A stretch of 64,000 nt of DNA from an uncultured Planctomycetaceae bacterium (GTDB taxonomy: Bacteria; Planctomycetota; Planctomycetia; Planctomycetales; Planctomycetaceae): the NCBI GenBank assembly GCA_963813715.1, contig CAWFAK010000005.1, positions 992,001 to 1,056,000 of the forward strand. The letters are read 5' to 3'. The notes beneath the pieces were generated by a model. The model was not told the DNA's origin. It ran no database searches and saw only the letters and a program-made list of their open reading frames with translations. The translations under genes were made by a program, and so were the position numbers. Each line of letters opens with the position of its first letter. The stretch's first letter is position 1. Positions 21,616 through 32,975 of this stretch are shown piece after piece.

Positions 21616-23750
21616 TCACGCCCCACCGCCCCACTTTTGGCGATCGAAATCCGCGAACGTCTGCCCCGCCTCGGCCAGCCGCTTAAGCAACGGCGAAGGC
21701 TTCCACCAGAAGCCCTGCTCCTTCTCGAACTGGCAGACGCGGTCGTAGACTTTCTTGAGGCCGATCGTGTCGGCGTAGAACATCGGGCCGCCGCGGAAGG
21801 CCGGAAAGCCGTAGCCGTAGATGTAGACGATGTCGATATCGACCGAACGCAGGGCGTGGCCTTCGTCGAGGATGAAGGCTCCTTCGTTGATCAGTCCGTA
21901 AATCGTCCGCTCGATGATCTCTTCCTTGCCGATCTTTCGCTGCGGGATGTTCGCCTCTTTCACGGCCGCGGCGATGATCTTTTCGGCCTCGGGGTCGGGC
22001 ATCGGCGTGCGGTTGCCTTTTTCGTACTTGTACCAGCCGCCGCCCGTCTTCTGGCCGTGCCGGCCCGCTTCGACGAGGCGATTGTCGGCCAGGTGCGGCC
22101 GCAGGCCGGCGGGGATTTTGTGCGCGGCCTCTTTGCGGACTTTGTAGCCGACGTCGAGACCGGCCAGGTCGCCGACAGCCAGCGGTCCCATGGCCATGCC
22201 GAATTCGTAGAGGGCCGCGTCGACCTCCTGCACCTTGGCCCCTTCTTCGACGAGGAAGGCCGCCTCGCGCATGTAAGGTCCGAACATGCGGTTGCCGACG
22301 AAGCCCCAGCAATTGCCGACGAGCACGCCGACCTTGCCGAGCTTCTTGGCCAGCGCCATCGAGGTCGCCAGCACTTCCTTCGACGACTGGTTGCCGCGGA
22401 CGATTTCCAACAACTTCATCACGTTGGCCGGGCTGAAGAAGTGATTGCCCACGACCATCTGCGGCCGCTTGGTCGACGCGGCGATCGCGTCGACGTCGAG
22501 CGTCGATGTGTTGGAAGCCAGCACGGCCCCCGGCTTGGCCACCTTGTCGATCTCGCCGAAAACTTTCTTCTTCAGCTCCATGTTCTCGAACACGGCTTCG
22601 ACGACGATGTCCGCCTCGCCGATGTCGGCGTAGTTGAGCGTCGGCTTGATCATCGCCAGCTTCTGATCGACCTGGGCCTGCGTCATCTTGCCCCGCTGCA
22701 CCGAAACGCCGTAATTGCGTTTGATCGTCTCCAGGCCGCGGTCGAGGGCCGGCTGATCGACCTCTTTGAGCGTCACCGGAATGCCGGCATTCACGTAGGT
22801 CATCGTGATGCCGCCCCCCATCGTGCCCGCGCCGATGACGGCCGCAGTCTTCACTTCGATCGGCTTGATGTCGTTGGGCAGGTCGGGAATCTTGGCGACC
22901 GTCCGCTCGCCGAAGAAGACGTGAATCAGCGATTTCGATTCGCTCGAGTAGAGGCATTCCTGAAAGAGCTCGGCCTCTTTCTTCACCCCTTCGGCAAACG
23001 GCAGCTTGCCGGCCGCTTCGACCGCTTCGATCGAGCGATAGGGCGACTGCATGCCCCGCCACGTTTTGGCGACCTGCTTCTTGAGTTCGGCGATGCCCGC
23101 CGCGACGGCCGCCGGCTCGCCAAAGCGGTCTTGGATCTCGCTCACCTTCCGCGGGCGGCTTTGCCCCCTTTCGACCGGGCGAATTTCACCGCGCCGGCCA
23201 GCAAGTCGCCGTCGACCAGCTCGTCGATGATGCCCCACTCGTGGGCCTGCTTGGCCGAAATCGGATTGCCGATCGCGCACAGCTCGGCCGCGTGCACAAT
23301 GCCGGCCAGCCGCGGCAAGCGCTGCGTGCCCGCACCGCCGGGAATCAGTCCGAGCTTCACCTCCGGCTGGCCCACCTGCGAATTCGGCACGGCGACGCGG
23401 TAGTGGCAGGCCTGTGCCAACTCCAAGCCGCCGCCAAAGGCCGTGCCATGAATCGCGCAGACGACCGGTTTCGGGCAGTTCTCCACGACCGTCAGCATCG
23501 GATGCAAACCCTGGTCGCGTTTCTTCTGTCCCGACGTGATCTTGCCGAACTCCTTGATGTCCGCCCCCGCGACGAAGGTGCGACCGCCGCCGATCAGCAC
23601 GATCGCCTTGACCGACGGGTCGGCGCCGGCCGCCTGCACGTGTTCGATCACCCCTTCGGGGACGCCCGGGCTCAGCGCGTTGACCGGCGGATTATTGATC
23701 GTCACGACCGCGACGTCACCGTCCTTGGAAAGCGTTACCAAGTCACTCAT
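21616..23750 (-). CDS. fatty-acid oxidation multifunctional enzyme (enoyl-CoA hydratase + 3-hydroxyacyl-CoA dehydrogenase, FadB/FadJ-like); frameshift near 23150
   Basis: NPPVNAL, AGADIKEF, GGGLELA, PEVKLGLIPGGAGTQRLPRL; VIGAGTMGGGI, VEAVFE, ASNTSTL, HFFSPANVMKLLE, GFVGNR. Confidence 0.93.
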
Positions 23751-23871
23751 GGTGCGGATCCCTTTTTGTCAATCAGGTTTTTTGTCAAGCGCGTTGAGAG
23801 TCTGTATAACTGGATCGATCGAGATGCGATCGATTTCGAGCCTAAATCGCCCTGCGATTTCCGATCGGATA

Positions 23872-24021
23872 CCCCTCACCCCCAACCCCTCTCCCGCAAG
23901 GGGCGAGGGGGGAAGAGTTGCAGCTTTGGCCCCTCGGCACCGCAAGCCGTTATCTGCATAAGAAGGTGATTGCAATTCTCCTCCCCTCTCCCCCCGCGGG
24001 AGAGGGGCCGGGGGTGAGGGG
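23872..24021. repeat. inverted pair of REP-like palindromes (CCCCTCACCCCxxCCCCTCTCCC...GGGAGAGGGG family)
   Basis: Copy at 23872-23912 and inverted copy at 23981-24021. Same family as 29532-29643. Confidence 0.85.
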
Positions 24022-24132
24022 CCCACGCGATCGGTGTCCCAGGATCGCGCATGTCCTTAGGGCGAATGCCCGTCGATTTTTTTGCTAGGCGGCCCACTCG
24101 CGAAGGTCCTCATTCTCCAGGAATCACACGTC

Positions 24133-24892
24133 ATGAGCAACCGTTTTGACCTCACCGGCAAGAACGCCATCGTCACCGGCGCACGCGCGGAATTGGCCTG
24201 GCAATCGTCCGCGGCTTCGCCGAAGCCGGTGCGAACGTCACGCTGTGCGGCCGCAAGCAAGAAACGGTCGACGCGGCCCTCGCCGAGCTGGGCCCGGTCA
24301 AGGATAAAGTGCTGGGCGTCGTCGCGCACGTCGGCAAGAGCGAAGACCTGGAAACGCTGCTCGCCGAGGCGGAAAAGAAGTTCGGCCCCGTCAACGTGCT
24401 GGTCAACAACGCGGGGACCAACCCGTACTTCGGCCCAATCCTGGGCTCGGAAGACCCGCGTGGGACAAAACGATGGACGTCAACTTGAAGGGGCCCTACA
24501 TCCTCTCGCGGATGGTCGCGCCAAAAGATGGTGCAAACCGGCGGCGGCTCGATCCTCAACATCGCCTCGGTCGCCGGGCTGCAGGCCGCCGTCTACCAGG
24601 GAATTTATTCCGTCTCGAAGGCCGGCCTGATCATGCTGACCAAGTGCATGGCCCGCGAACTGGGCCGCCAGAAAATCCGCGTCAACTGCATCTGCCCCGG
24701 CGTGATCCGCACCCACCTGGCCGAAGCCCTGTGGAAAGACGAAGGCCGCCTGAAAGAATTCGTCAAAAACAAATCCCTCGGCCGCATCGGCGAGACGGAA
24801 GAAATCGTCGGCGCGGCGATTTACTTCGCGTCCGACGCGAGTTCATTCACGACCGGGGCGGCATCGTGATTGATGGGGGGATGGTGATTTAA
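24133..24892 (+). CDS. short-chain dehydrogenase/reductase (DHRS4-like); several frameshifts
   Basis: MSNRFDLTGKNAIVTG.., LVNNAGTNPYFG, ILNIASVAG, YSVSKA (YxxxK), IRVNCICPG, IVIDGG; spread over three frames. Confidence 0.85.
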
Positions 24893-25442
24893 GGGCAGCT
24901 CAATGTTGACGAACTCCGGCGTGAGCTATTGGTCACACTCTCTTATTTAATCGCTCATTCATGAGCAGATTGTGGTGCCGAACCGAGCTCAATCCCGACA
25001 ATTACGGCGCGGCGGCCGGCGGATTCTTGCCGAGATCGATCAAATGCAGATCGAGGTTCGGATTCTCGCTCATCACCCGGCATAGGTCATCGCCCCTCAC
25101 TCAGGAAGTGGGCTCGTAGGCGTTGAGTTTCTTTTCGGATTTTTGTCTCAGGGCTCCGTGAAATCTTCGAGCGAGATGTAGTGCTTGATGAAGGATCCGA
25201 TCCGCGGTAGCCAGTCACTCGACGTCAACTCGGTGCAATCCTGAAACTCTGCGAGGAACAAGAAGCCAGCTCGCACTGCATCGACAGTGCCTTTTTAATA
25301 TCGAGGCAAGTTGAGCATTGAAATCCTTTGCTTCGACCACCGTTTTAGGCCGGAGATTGGCAGGTCGGAAACCTCGAATCATAGGCAGATTATACACACC
25401 GCAGACCAAGTCCTCGTCATTAGTGAGCGACCATTTGGCCGA

Positions 25443-26318
25443 TCACGTGGTACGCCAGTCACCGTGGCGACCTCGGGCACCCCCCGCGTCATTTTGAGAC
25501 GGGAGTCGTTGCCCAAGCAAATAGACGACGATCCATTGCCTTGCGATTTCGTAGAGCCGGTCAACGTCCGCACGCGAGATCGTCGGCGAGTGCCGGTGAG
25601 TTCAGCGTGTCGAAGGTCGTTATTGTTGAGAAGACGCCCAAAAAAGTCCCAGTCAGATTGCGAAGCCCTCAGGGACGTCCTCGCAGACTTCCCGTAGATT
25701 AAGGAGAAGGCGTCACGAACCTTGTAAAGAGACATGAACCACGAGGAATGCTCGCGATGCGCGTATTCGTAGTAGTCGCCCCAGGGGCGATGGTAGTACT
25801 GAAGCAGTTTCCTCAAGCCGGCATTTGAGATCGCGTTTTTCGCGATTTCAGCCGCGATCCTAAGCGGTGGCTCGCGGTAGGTCGCCATTGTTTCGACGCC
25901 GAATGCCCCGCCCACCGTCACTCGCTTGAGTCCACGACGCGTCAAAAGTTCGGTCTCAACCGCCTTAGCATTGCTCTCGAACCGCTGATGAATGACCTCC
26001 GTGCGAGCTTCCACCCAGGAACGCCCCACCAGAAAATGACCATGCGGTCGCAATGATCTGCAACGCCCGAATCAATTCGTCTTCGGCAACTGGGACCTCA
26101 GCCGCATCGCCTACGGGCTTTTCGAGCGCGACGACGAAATCAGGCTAACTATACATTCTCCGGGAACGACCCCATGCCGTCATTCCGTCCCAGAGCGAGC
26201 TGTTGCCGTTAACGCCCATGCCCTTCAGAGAAGGAATTAGAACTGGGCCATCCTTCAAGGAGATTCGGACGACAGACGGGTCGGTGTTGCAAACTGGGAG
26301 ATTACCAATTCCACTCAC
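25443..26318 (-). CDS. hypothetical all-helical protein, HEPN/Apea-like C-terminus; interrupted (frameshifts, one in-frame stop)
   Basis: ...SWFMSLYKVRD...DWDFFGRLLNNNDLRHAE, then in a shifted frame ISRADVDRLYEIARQWIVVYL. Boundaries approximate; may be a pseudogene. Confidence 0.4.
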
Positions 26319-26376
26319 TGCCTATTTCTCCCAGTTGCGCTCATAAGCCCGTTTGGCATTTCCCAGTTGCGGTGAC

Positions 26377-27182
26377 TCAGCCGCCGCGAATGTTCGCACA
26401 GTCGCGTCCAGAGCCAGAATTAGAACCGAGCACTATAAAAACGGTCATAAATTCGCTATACGCAAGCGTCTCCTTACCCATTCGCTCGATCGCCGAATCA
26501 TCCCCACTCATGCGGAACACCAAGTAGTTTATCGTGTCTTCGGCATCCATATGCGTCTGTGAGCTCAATCGTGCATACGCCGTGCGATAGGCGGTCCCTT
26601 CACCAATCGCGGCGAAGCGATCGCGGATTTGCTTGGGAAACTTCACCGTGAGGTCAAGTGGGGCGATGCCAGCAAACTCCCGCTCGGCGCCTTCAAGGAA
26701 TCGCAATCGAAATTGGTGCAACACCTTTCGCGTGTTGATTCGCGTGCTGTGATCGGCCCTCTCCGGCCCCGGAAGGGTTTCTACAAGTTGTTCCCACTCT
26801 CTAATCTGCTTCGCGTCCTGATCCACGTAATCGCGTAGCCATGCGATAAAGCGCGAATTTCGGTCGGATTCCATGATGAATCGAATGTTTGTCGAGGCTT
26901 CTATGGCAACCCGCGCCGCGACCTCAGCGGTCGCTGCATTCGCCGTAGCGATACAGGTGATCGCGGCGGCCACATGTTCATACGTCCGATCGCACATGTG
27001 CAAAATGACGCCATAGGTTGGCTCCGACGCGACGACGTTGTCGGCTGCCTGGGCTAGTTGTAAATCGGCGAATGCCCGCGCGCCGAGTACATGCTCGACC
27101 AGCGCAGGCCACGCGCCCACCAATCGGGTAATCGAACTTTGTGGTAAGCCTCAAACCGTGCTTGCCAAGCCGTCGTTTCCAT
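26377..27182 (-). CDS. DUF5677-like protein (frameshifts at both ends)
   Basis: AEVAARVAIEASTNIRFI...YRTAYARLSSQTH pattern. Probable start METTAWQARFE at 27182. The C-terminus may extend to about 26302 in another frame. Confidence 0.6.
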
Positions 27183-27753
27183 GATCCACATTCGAATGAA
27201 GTGACGACTCGATCGGGCTCGTGCGCGAGCTGGTCCGACGGGAGGCGGGGTGCCCGCTTTAGAGGAAGCCCCGAATCTTCGCCTTGTTGCGTTTTACATA
27301 ACTTCCGGCCCACGGAAACATGGGGGCTTCCTCAGCGGAGCGCCCGGATCACGCATCTCTCTGCACGCGCGGTGGACCAATTTCCTTCCCTTATTGAAAA
27401 ATTTGGTCCGCCGGGTCAACTTTGGTCCACCGTCCTCAGTGGTGTTTCTAGGTGCATAGAACATTGGGCTTCGCCGGGCGAGGGAGGTGCCGTACGATCG
27501 AAGGATGCGCTTCGCGGCAGTGCGTCGTTGTGCGTCCATTGGTCCCTTGCCGGGGAAAAGCTCCCCGCCGATGACAAAAGTTTCATCCCCGGCGTGACGG
27601 GACCATCACATTTGACATAAGGGAGGCGGACCCACCGATGAGAGTCCCACCGGTCAGTGTCGATCCGTTGAGTGGCGATCCGGCCCGGCAATCGCAACGT
27701 GCGAAAGAGCACTGGCGGGTCAAAGCTCCCGCCAGTGGCACCCGGCGCGGTCG

Positions 27754-28215
27754 CTATGCTTTGACCAACTGCATCCCGTGTTGTTTTGGATCAAAGTCGG
27801 CTGGAAACCTCGTGCGCAAATCGTAAACGGCCCCCTCAAGCTTTGCCCGAGCAAAGGTTGCGCCCGCCAAGTCGGCCCCAGTCAAGTTAGTGCTACCGTT
27901 GAGCGCATCGCGGCCTAAGTCGGCTTCGTCAAAGCAAGCCTGCTGGAGATTAGCCGCCTCGAAACAGACACCGCGCAATTGTGCGCCCCGAAAGTCGGCT
28001 TTGACGGCCGTCGCTTCAAAGAAGTTGGCCCAATAGAGATCGCATTTGACAAAGCTGGCATTGTGGAGCCTGGCTTGTGCGAAAAAAGCACCCTCCAACG
28101 TCAGGCCATCAAAGACCGCGCCGTTCAATTTCCTGCCGCTCAAATCGAGACTCCCTCGAGACTCGCGTTCACCCAGCCGCAAAATGACCTTGCCGTCGCG
28201 GTTGAGGATGTCCAT
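27754..28215 (-). CDS. pentapeptide repeat protein
   Basis: LDLSGRKLNGAVFDGLTLEGAFFAQARLHNASF...ADFRGAQLRG...ANLQQA...TNLTGADLAGATFARAKLEGAVYD..TRFPADFDP. Confidence 0.9.
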   Translation of the reverse strand: MDILNRDGKVILRLGERESRGSLDLSGRKLNGAVFDGLTLEGAFFAQARLHNASFVKCDLYWANFFEATAVKADFRGAQLRGVCFEAANLQQACFDEADLGRDALNGSTNLTGADLAGATFARAKLEGAVYDLRTRFPADFDPKQHGMQLVKA

Positions 28216-28271
28216 CGCAATCTTCGAGTGCCGCGTTGAGGTTCCCGGGTGGTGGTTCGTATTGAAAAACG

Positions 28272-28307
28272 AAGCACCCGCCAGCTGACGCTGGCGGCTC
28301 GCCGGGT
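28272..28307. repeat. 36-bp dispersed palindromic repeat, copy 1
   Basis: AAGCACCCGCCAGCTGACGCTGGCGGCTCGCCGGGT, identical to 63058-63093. Internal hairpin CCGCCAGC-TGAC-GCTGGCGG. Confidence 0.85.
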
Positions 28308-28337
28308 ACTTTGCCTGCTTCGCGATCGTCGTAAACC

Positions 28338-29474
28338 CTACATCGCCCGACGTTGTTTCCTGCCGCCGACGAAGCTCTCGAGCACCATGTTGCCCAGGTC
28401 GTCGGAGTTGCAGAAGGCGGCGACGCCGTGGGTGACTTGGGCTAACCGTTCCACGAAGTTCACCAGGCCGAGGTAGAAGTAATCCTCGATCAGGGCGAAG
28501 CTCGAGATCGTCAGCCCTTCGTCGGCGCAGCGCTTGGCTTCCGCCAGGGTGAGGCGGGCGGTTTGTTCGGCCGGCGGGTAGATCATCACGATCTCGCGGC
28601 CTTCGATGTGGGCCGTCGGTTCGCCGTCGGTGACGATGATGATCTGCTTGTTTTGCGCCGGGTGTCGGCGGAGGATGCGGCGGGCGAACTGCAGGCCGGC
28701 GTGGATGTTGGTGAAGTGCTCGGGCACGAACCGCGGCGGCTTGTCGAGATTGATCCGCAGGCGGATTCGCGGATCGTACATGCTCACCGGCTTGGGGGCC
28801 GACGCGAGGAGCTGCCGCTCGGTGAGGGGGCTGGCGTACGTGTAGAAGCCGACGACCTGCAAAAAGTCGCCCTGGTAGCGGCTGCGGACGAGCGACTGCA
28901 GGGCCATCGCCACTTTCTTGGCCTGGCCGTATTTGCCGAAGCGGGTCATGCTGCCCGACATGTCCAAGAGGACGACCGTCGCGCACGACGTCTGGTACTC
29001 GGTGTCGTAGACGACCAGGTCGTCCTCGCTGATATGCACGGGCGAGCCGCCGCCTTGGCGGAGGAGGGCGTTCTTCAGCGTCTCGTGCATGTTGAGGTTG
29101 CTCACCGGGTCGCCGAACTCGTACGGCTTCGACTCGTCGTGCATCGTCTGCCCGGCCCCGCGGAATTCGGTCTCGTGCTTGCCGAGCTTGTCCTTGCGGG
29201 CGATCTGAAAGAGTTCTTCGAGCGCCTTCGATTCGACGCGGCGAATGCCCTTGGGCGTGACGAAGTACTTTCCGTCGGCGTCCTTTTCGACGTAGCCGCG
29301 CTTGATCAGCATGTCGACGACGTCGGGGTGCTCTTCCTCCCACTGGTCGAGGTAGTCGAGCATTTCGTCGCCCCAGTCAAGCATGTGCTTGGACAATTCG
29401 TCGAAGACAGCATCGGCCGACTGCGGCGAGAACTGCTCGGAGCCGTCAAACTTGGAATACTCGAAGTGGGACAT
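28338..29474 (-). CDS. VWA domain protein (usually partnered with a Mg-chelatase-like AAA ATPase)
   Basis: MIDAS motif VVLLDMSGSM; FTNIHAGL; IIIVTDGEPTAH; KPYEFGD. Confidence 0.85.
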   Translation of the reverse strand: MSHFEYSKFDGSEQFSPQSADAVFDELSKHMLDWGDEMLDYLDQWEEEHPDVVDMLIKRGYVEKDADGKYFVTPKGIRRVESKALEELFQIARKDKLGKHETEFRGAGQTMHDESKPYEFGDPVSNLNMHETLKNALLRQGGGSPVHISEDDLVVYDTEYQTSCATVVLLDMSGSMTRFGKYGQAKKVAMALQSLVRSRYQGDFLQVVGFYTYASPLTERQLLASAPKPVSMYDPRIRLRINLDKPPRFVPEHFTNIHAGLQFARRILRRHPAQNKQIIIVTDGEPTAHIEGREIVMIYPPAEQTARLTLAEAKRCADEGLTISSFALIEDYFYLGLVNFVERLAQVTHGVAAFCNSDDLGNMVLESFVGGRKQRRAM

Positions 29475-29531
29475 TTTTGTTCCTGCCGCGTGCCTGCGTG
29501 ATCGGGCTGGATGGCGGAGGCGGTTTTACAA

Positions 29532-29643
29532 CTCCCTCTCCCGGTCCGCCGGGAGAGGGTCGGGGTGAGGGCTGCCTTTCGGTGCGGTGCCGAGCGCGAA
29601 GAAGAGCCCTCACCCTGCCCTCTCCCATCGGAATGGGAGAGGG
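29532..29643. repeat. inverted pair of REP-like palindromes
   Basis: CTCCCTCTCCC...GGGAGAGGGTCGGGGTGAGGGC (29532-29572) and GCCCTCACCCTGCCCTCTCCC...GGGAGAGGG (29606-29643). Confidence 0.85.
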
Positions 29644-29657
29644 TTTGGAAACTGCCC

Positions 29658-30671
29658 CTAGCCGGCCACCGATTCTCGTTCCTTTTCCGCCGCCAGCATC
29701 TCGAGGATGCGGGTGACCAATTGCGGCAACCCCTGCCCCGAGACGGCCGAGATTTTCAACACCTCCGGGCCAATCTCTTCGGTGAATTGTTCGTAGACGG
29801 GGGTCGCTTCGGCTAGCTCACATTTGGTAATGCAGACCAATTGCGGCCGCTCGATCAGTGTCGGATCGTACAGGCGCAACTCTTCGCGGATGGCCCGGTA
29901 ATTCTCCAGGGGGTTCGATTCGTCGGACGGCACCGGCTCGACCAGATGCACCAAAACCTTCGTCCGCTCGACGTGCTTCAAAAACTCGTGACCCAGGCCG
30001 CTGCCGGCGTGCGCCCCCTCGATCAGTCCGGGGATGTCGGCCATCACGAATTCCTGGTCGTAGCCCGTCCGCACGAGGCCCAGGTTCGGATACTTGGTCG
30101 TGAACGGATAGTCGGCGATTTCGGGATGGGCCCGCGACATGCGGCTGAGCAAGGTCGACTTGCCGGCATTTGGTTTGCCGATCAGGCCGACGTCGGCGAT
30201 CAGTTTGAGTTCAAGGGCGACATTTCGGATCTGGCCCGGTTTGCCCCGTTCGAATTGGCGCGGGGCGCGATTGGTGGAGGTGGCAAAGTGCTTATTGCCA
30301 TAGCCCCCGTCGCCGCCGCGAGCGACGACGACCGAGTCGCCGTCGCTGCTGAGATCTTTGAGGAGAAAGCCGCGCTCGGCATCGCGGACCAGGGTGCCGG
30401 GGGGGACGCGAATCACGGCGTCTTGGCCGCGTTTGCCGGTCATCAGCGAGCCCATGCCGTGCTCGCCGCGCTCGCCCCGCCAGTGCTTGTGGCCGACGAT
30501 GTTTCCCAGGCTGCTGACGTTTTCGTCAGCGATCACCACGACGTCGCCGCCGTCACCGCCATTGCCCCCATCGGGACCGCCGCGCGGAACGCGAGCCTCG
30601 CGGCGAAAGCTGAGACACCCGGAGCCGCCATCGCCGGCCTGGCAGTAAATCGTGAACCGATCGACAAACAT
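29658..30671 (-). CDS. obgE: GTPase ObgE/CgtA
   Basis: MFVD...GGPDGGNGGDGG, LELKLIADVGLIGKPNAGKSTL, YPFTT, DIPGLIEGAH, FLKHVER, TKCE. Confidence 0.97.
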   Translation of the reverse strand: MFVDRFTIYCQAGDGGSGCLSFRREARVPRGGPDGGNGGDGGDVVVIADENVSSLGNIVGHKHWRGERGEHGMGSLMTGKRGQDAVIRVPPGTLVRDAERGFLLKDLSSDGDSVVVARGGDGGYGNKHFATSTNRAPRQFERGKPGQIRNVALELKLIADVGLIGKPNAGKSTLLSRMSRAHPEIADYPFTTKYPNLGLVRTGYDQEFVMADIPGLIEGAHAGSGLGHEFLKHVERTKVLVHLVEPVPSDESNPLENYRAIREELRLYDPTLIERPQLVCITKCELAEATPVYEQFTEEIGPEVLKISAVSGQGLPQLVTRILEMLAAEKERESVAG

Positions 30672-30738
30672 GGGTTCAATTATGGCCGATGGGGGGCGTG
30701 CCGAATAGCGGCCCGCCGCGGACCGCCGCGAATCTCGC

Positions 30739-31844
30739 CTAAGGCGTGAGCTTGGTTCGCGTTACGTTCCAGGCTTCGGTCGCTTTTTCGTCCTTGAGCG
30801 TGCCCGACCCGCGAATCCACCAACGGGTCGTCTGCATGTTGCCCAGAGGTTTGACGCCAAATAACAAAGTGTCGACTTGCAGGTTGCCGTCGACGTGGAA
30901 GGCGATGAAGTCGCCCGGATCGTTGCCGAAGTATTTCAGGCCCTGCGGCGATTTGTCGTGGAGGATGGCAGTCGACACGTCGACGGGCACCCAGCCGACG
31001 CCCCGCGCGAAGAACTCGGCCTTCACGTGCGTCTGGTAATAAGGATGGTTGAACCAAATCTTGCCCAGCTCGGACGACTTGGCCCAGCGGCCCCAGAGCG
31101 TTCGCGCGGGAATCTCGCTGGCTCGCAGAATCGAGGCGAACAGGACCGACAGTCCGCCACAATCGGCCCGGCCGCTCTTGCAGACGGCCGTCGCATGGAA
31201 CTCTTTTTTCAGCGGAGCGTCGTATTGCATGCCGGCCTTGAGAGCCAAAAACACGCGGCGGGCGAAATGGATTTCGCCTTCGTGGGTGCCGCGCTCCAGA
31301 CCGTGCTGTTGGACCCACTGGTGGAAATCGGGCTGATCGAAGTCGAAGTAGCCGCCATTCGCCAAATACATCTGTCGTTCGGCCGGCGCGAGATCGGGGA
31401 CCGTGCGAGGCGCCCCTTTGCGGAGCTTGCGGGATCTCAACGTCGCCTCATACGTGAGCTGGATCTTCATCGAGCTGATCGGTCGCTCGCCGGCTCGCAC
31501 GCGGGCCATCACCAGGGGCCGCGCCAAATCGCCCTTTTCATGAACGAGCTCACCAGCGGGGTCGAGCGTCGTCTCGACTTTGATTTGCCCCGGCAGCTCG
31601 GGCGCTCGGGCGCGAAAACGGTCCACTCTTTCCCCTGGCAGTTGGGGTAGGACACGTCGCGGGTCAGCGTGGCGACCACCCGCGCGACCGACTGGACACT
31701 GAGCGAATAACCCTCGGAGGGAGCCCGATCCCAGTCGCCGGCGGTCGCGCTCGTCTTCGCATCCGGCGGCGCCACCGGCAGGCTGCCGACGAGCGCCAAC
31801 GAAACCCACAGACTCAAACCTAAGCGATACGACTGACTGGCCAT
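30739..31844 (-). CDS. secreted transglutaminase-like domain protein; frameshift near 31600
   Basis: Signal peptide MASQSYRLGLSLWVSLALVG. Catalytic triad motifs GRADCGGLS...IPAR, THVKAEFF, GWVPVD. Confidence 0.85.
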
Positions 31845-32093
31845 CGACCGATCCCCACAGGCGGCGCGCCGCAGCGCACACAGTCCTTAGAGGATAATCG
31901 CCATCAGTCACGAATCGAAACGAGCAGTATCTTGCCGGCAATCGCCGGGCGACGGGCTAACGGCAAGACCCTCGCCCACGCGCCGGGTGAGTGGATGCAA
32001 CTCACCAACCCGAGGCGTGAGCGAGGGCTCTTCGATCGCACTAATTCTTATGCCGGTGCGCTGATTCCCGGCCAGTTTCAACGGAAGCGTTGG

Positions 32094-32876
32094 CTAGCGC
32101 ACGCCGCCTCGGAATCCGCCGCCGCCGTAACCGCCACGAAAGCCACCTTCGCCGCCGCGGAATGCCGCAGCGCCGCGATCGCCTTCGAATCCGCCGGCCT
32201 CGCCCCCGCGGAAGGCCGCCCCGCCGAGGCCGACGCCGCCGACCGGATAACCGACGCCGCCAACCGGAACACCGGCGGCGCCCACATAGGGTTGCTCGGG
32301 CAGGATCTGCGTCGCACCTTCATCCGAAGGGAGAGCGTTGTTGTAACCCGCGACGGCTGCATTATTAACCGCAGTACCGTAAGCGGCCGCACCGTACGCT
32401 GCCCCTGCTCCGGGAACGACTCCCACCGCGCCGTAAGCGCCGTTGGGGTGGTAAGCGCCGGCCGCTCCATAAGCTCCGTTCGGGTGATATTCGCCCGCGG
32501 CTCCGTATGCTCCGTTGGGGTGATAGCCGTTCGCCTGGCCGTTGTAACTTCCCTCATGGCTGCCGCTGTAGTTGTTGCCGTTGTAGCTGCCCTGGCGGCT
32601 GCCGCTGTAACTGCCGCCGCTCGAACTGCCTTCGTGGCTGCCGTTGTAATGATTGCCGCTATAGCTGCCTTCGTGGCTGCCGCTGTAGCCGCCGGCCCCG
32701 TAGCTGCCCGAGTGGCTGCCGCTGTAGTGATTGCCGCTGTAGCTGCCCGAGTGGCTGCCGCTGTAGCCGCCGCCACCGCCGTGGTAGCCACCAAAACCTC
32801 GAGCACTGACATCCGTGGGGCTGACGACGGCAAAGGTCAATAAGGCCGCCGAGGCGACCAGCAGTTTTATGGACAT
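32094..32876 (-). CDS. secreted Gly/Ser/Tyr-rich tandem-repeat protein with an RGG-rich tail
   Basis: Signal peptide MSIKLLVASAALLTFAVVSPTDVSA; 6 x 13-aa YSGSH(S/E)GSY(S/N)G repeats; 3 x 12-aa YHPNGAYGA(A/V)G repeats; FRGG repeats at the C-terminus. Confidence 0.8.
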   Translation of the reverse strand: MSIKLLVASAALLTFAVVSPTDVSARGFGGYHGGGGGYSGSHSGSYSGNHYSGSHSGSYGAGGYSGSHEGSYSGNHYNGSHEGSSSGGSYSGSRQGSYNGNNYSGSHEGSYNGQANGYHPNGAYGAAGEYHPNGAYGAAGAYHPNGAYGAVGVVPGAGAAYGAAAYGTAVNNAAVAGYNNALPSDEGATQILPEQPYVGAAGVPVGGVGYPVGGVGLGGAAFRGGEAGGFEGDRGAAAFRGGEGGFRGGYGGGGFRGGVR

Positions 32877-32975
32877 CGGTCTATTCCTTCTTTCAAAGCG
32901 TGTGAGAACTTGATTCAAGATTTGTTCGCAACGTGTAATTGCGCGGGCAGAGCCGCGCGGCGATCTCGCGGACCG

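Noticed and set aside
21637..23403. Long antisense ORFs (also 36251-38485, 58828-60507, 7886-9625 and others)
   Set aside because: They are shadow ORFs typical of high-GC DNA, lying opposite clearly recognisable genes.
32540..32780. Regular 39-nt repeats that could look like a CRISPR array
   Set aside because: They are in-frame coding repeats with no unique spacers, and no cas genes are in the window.
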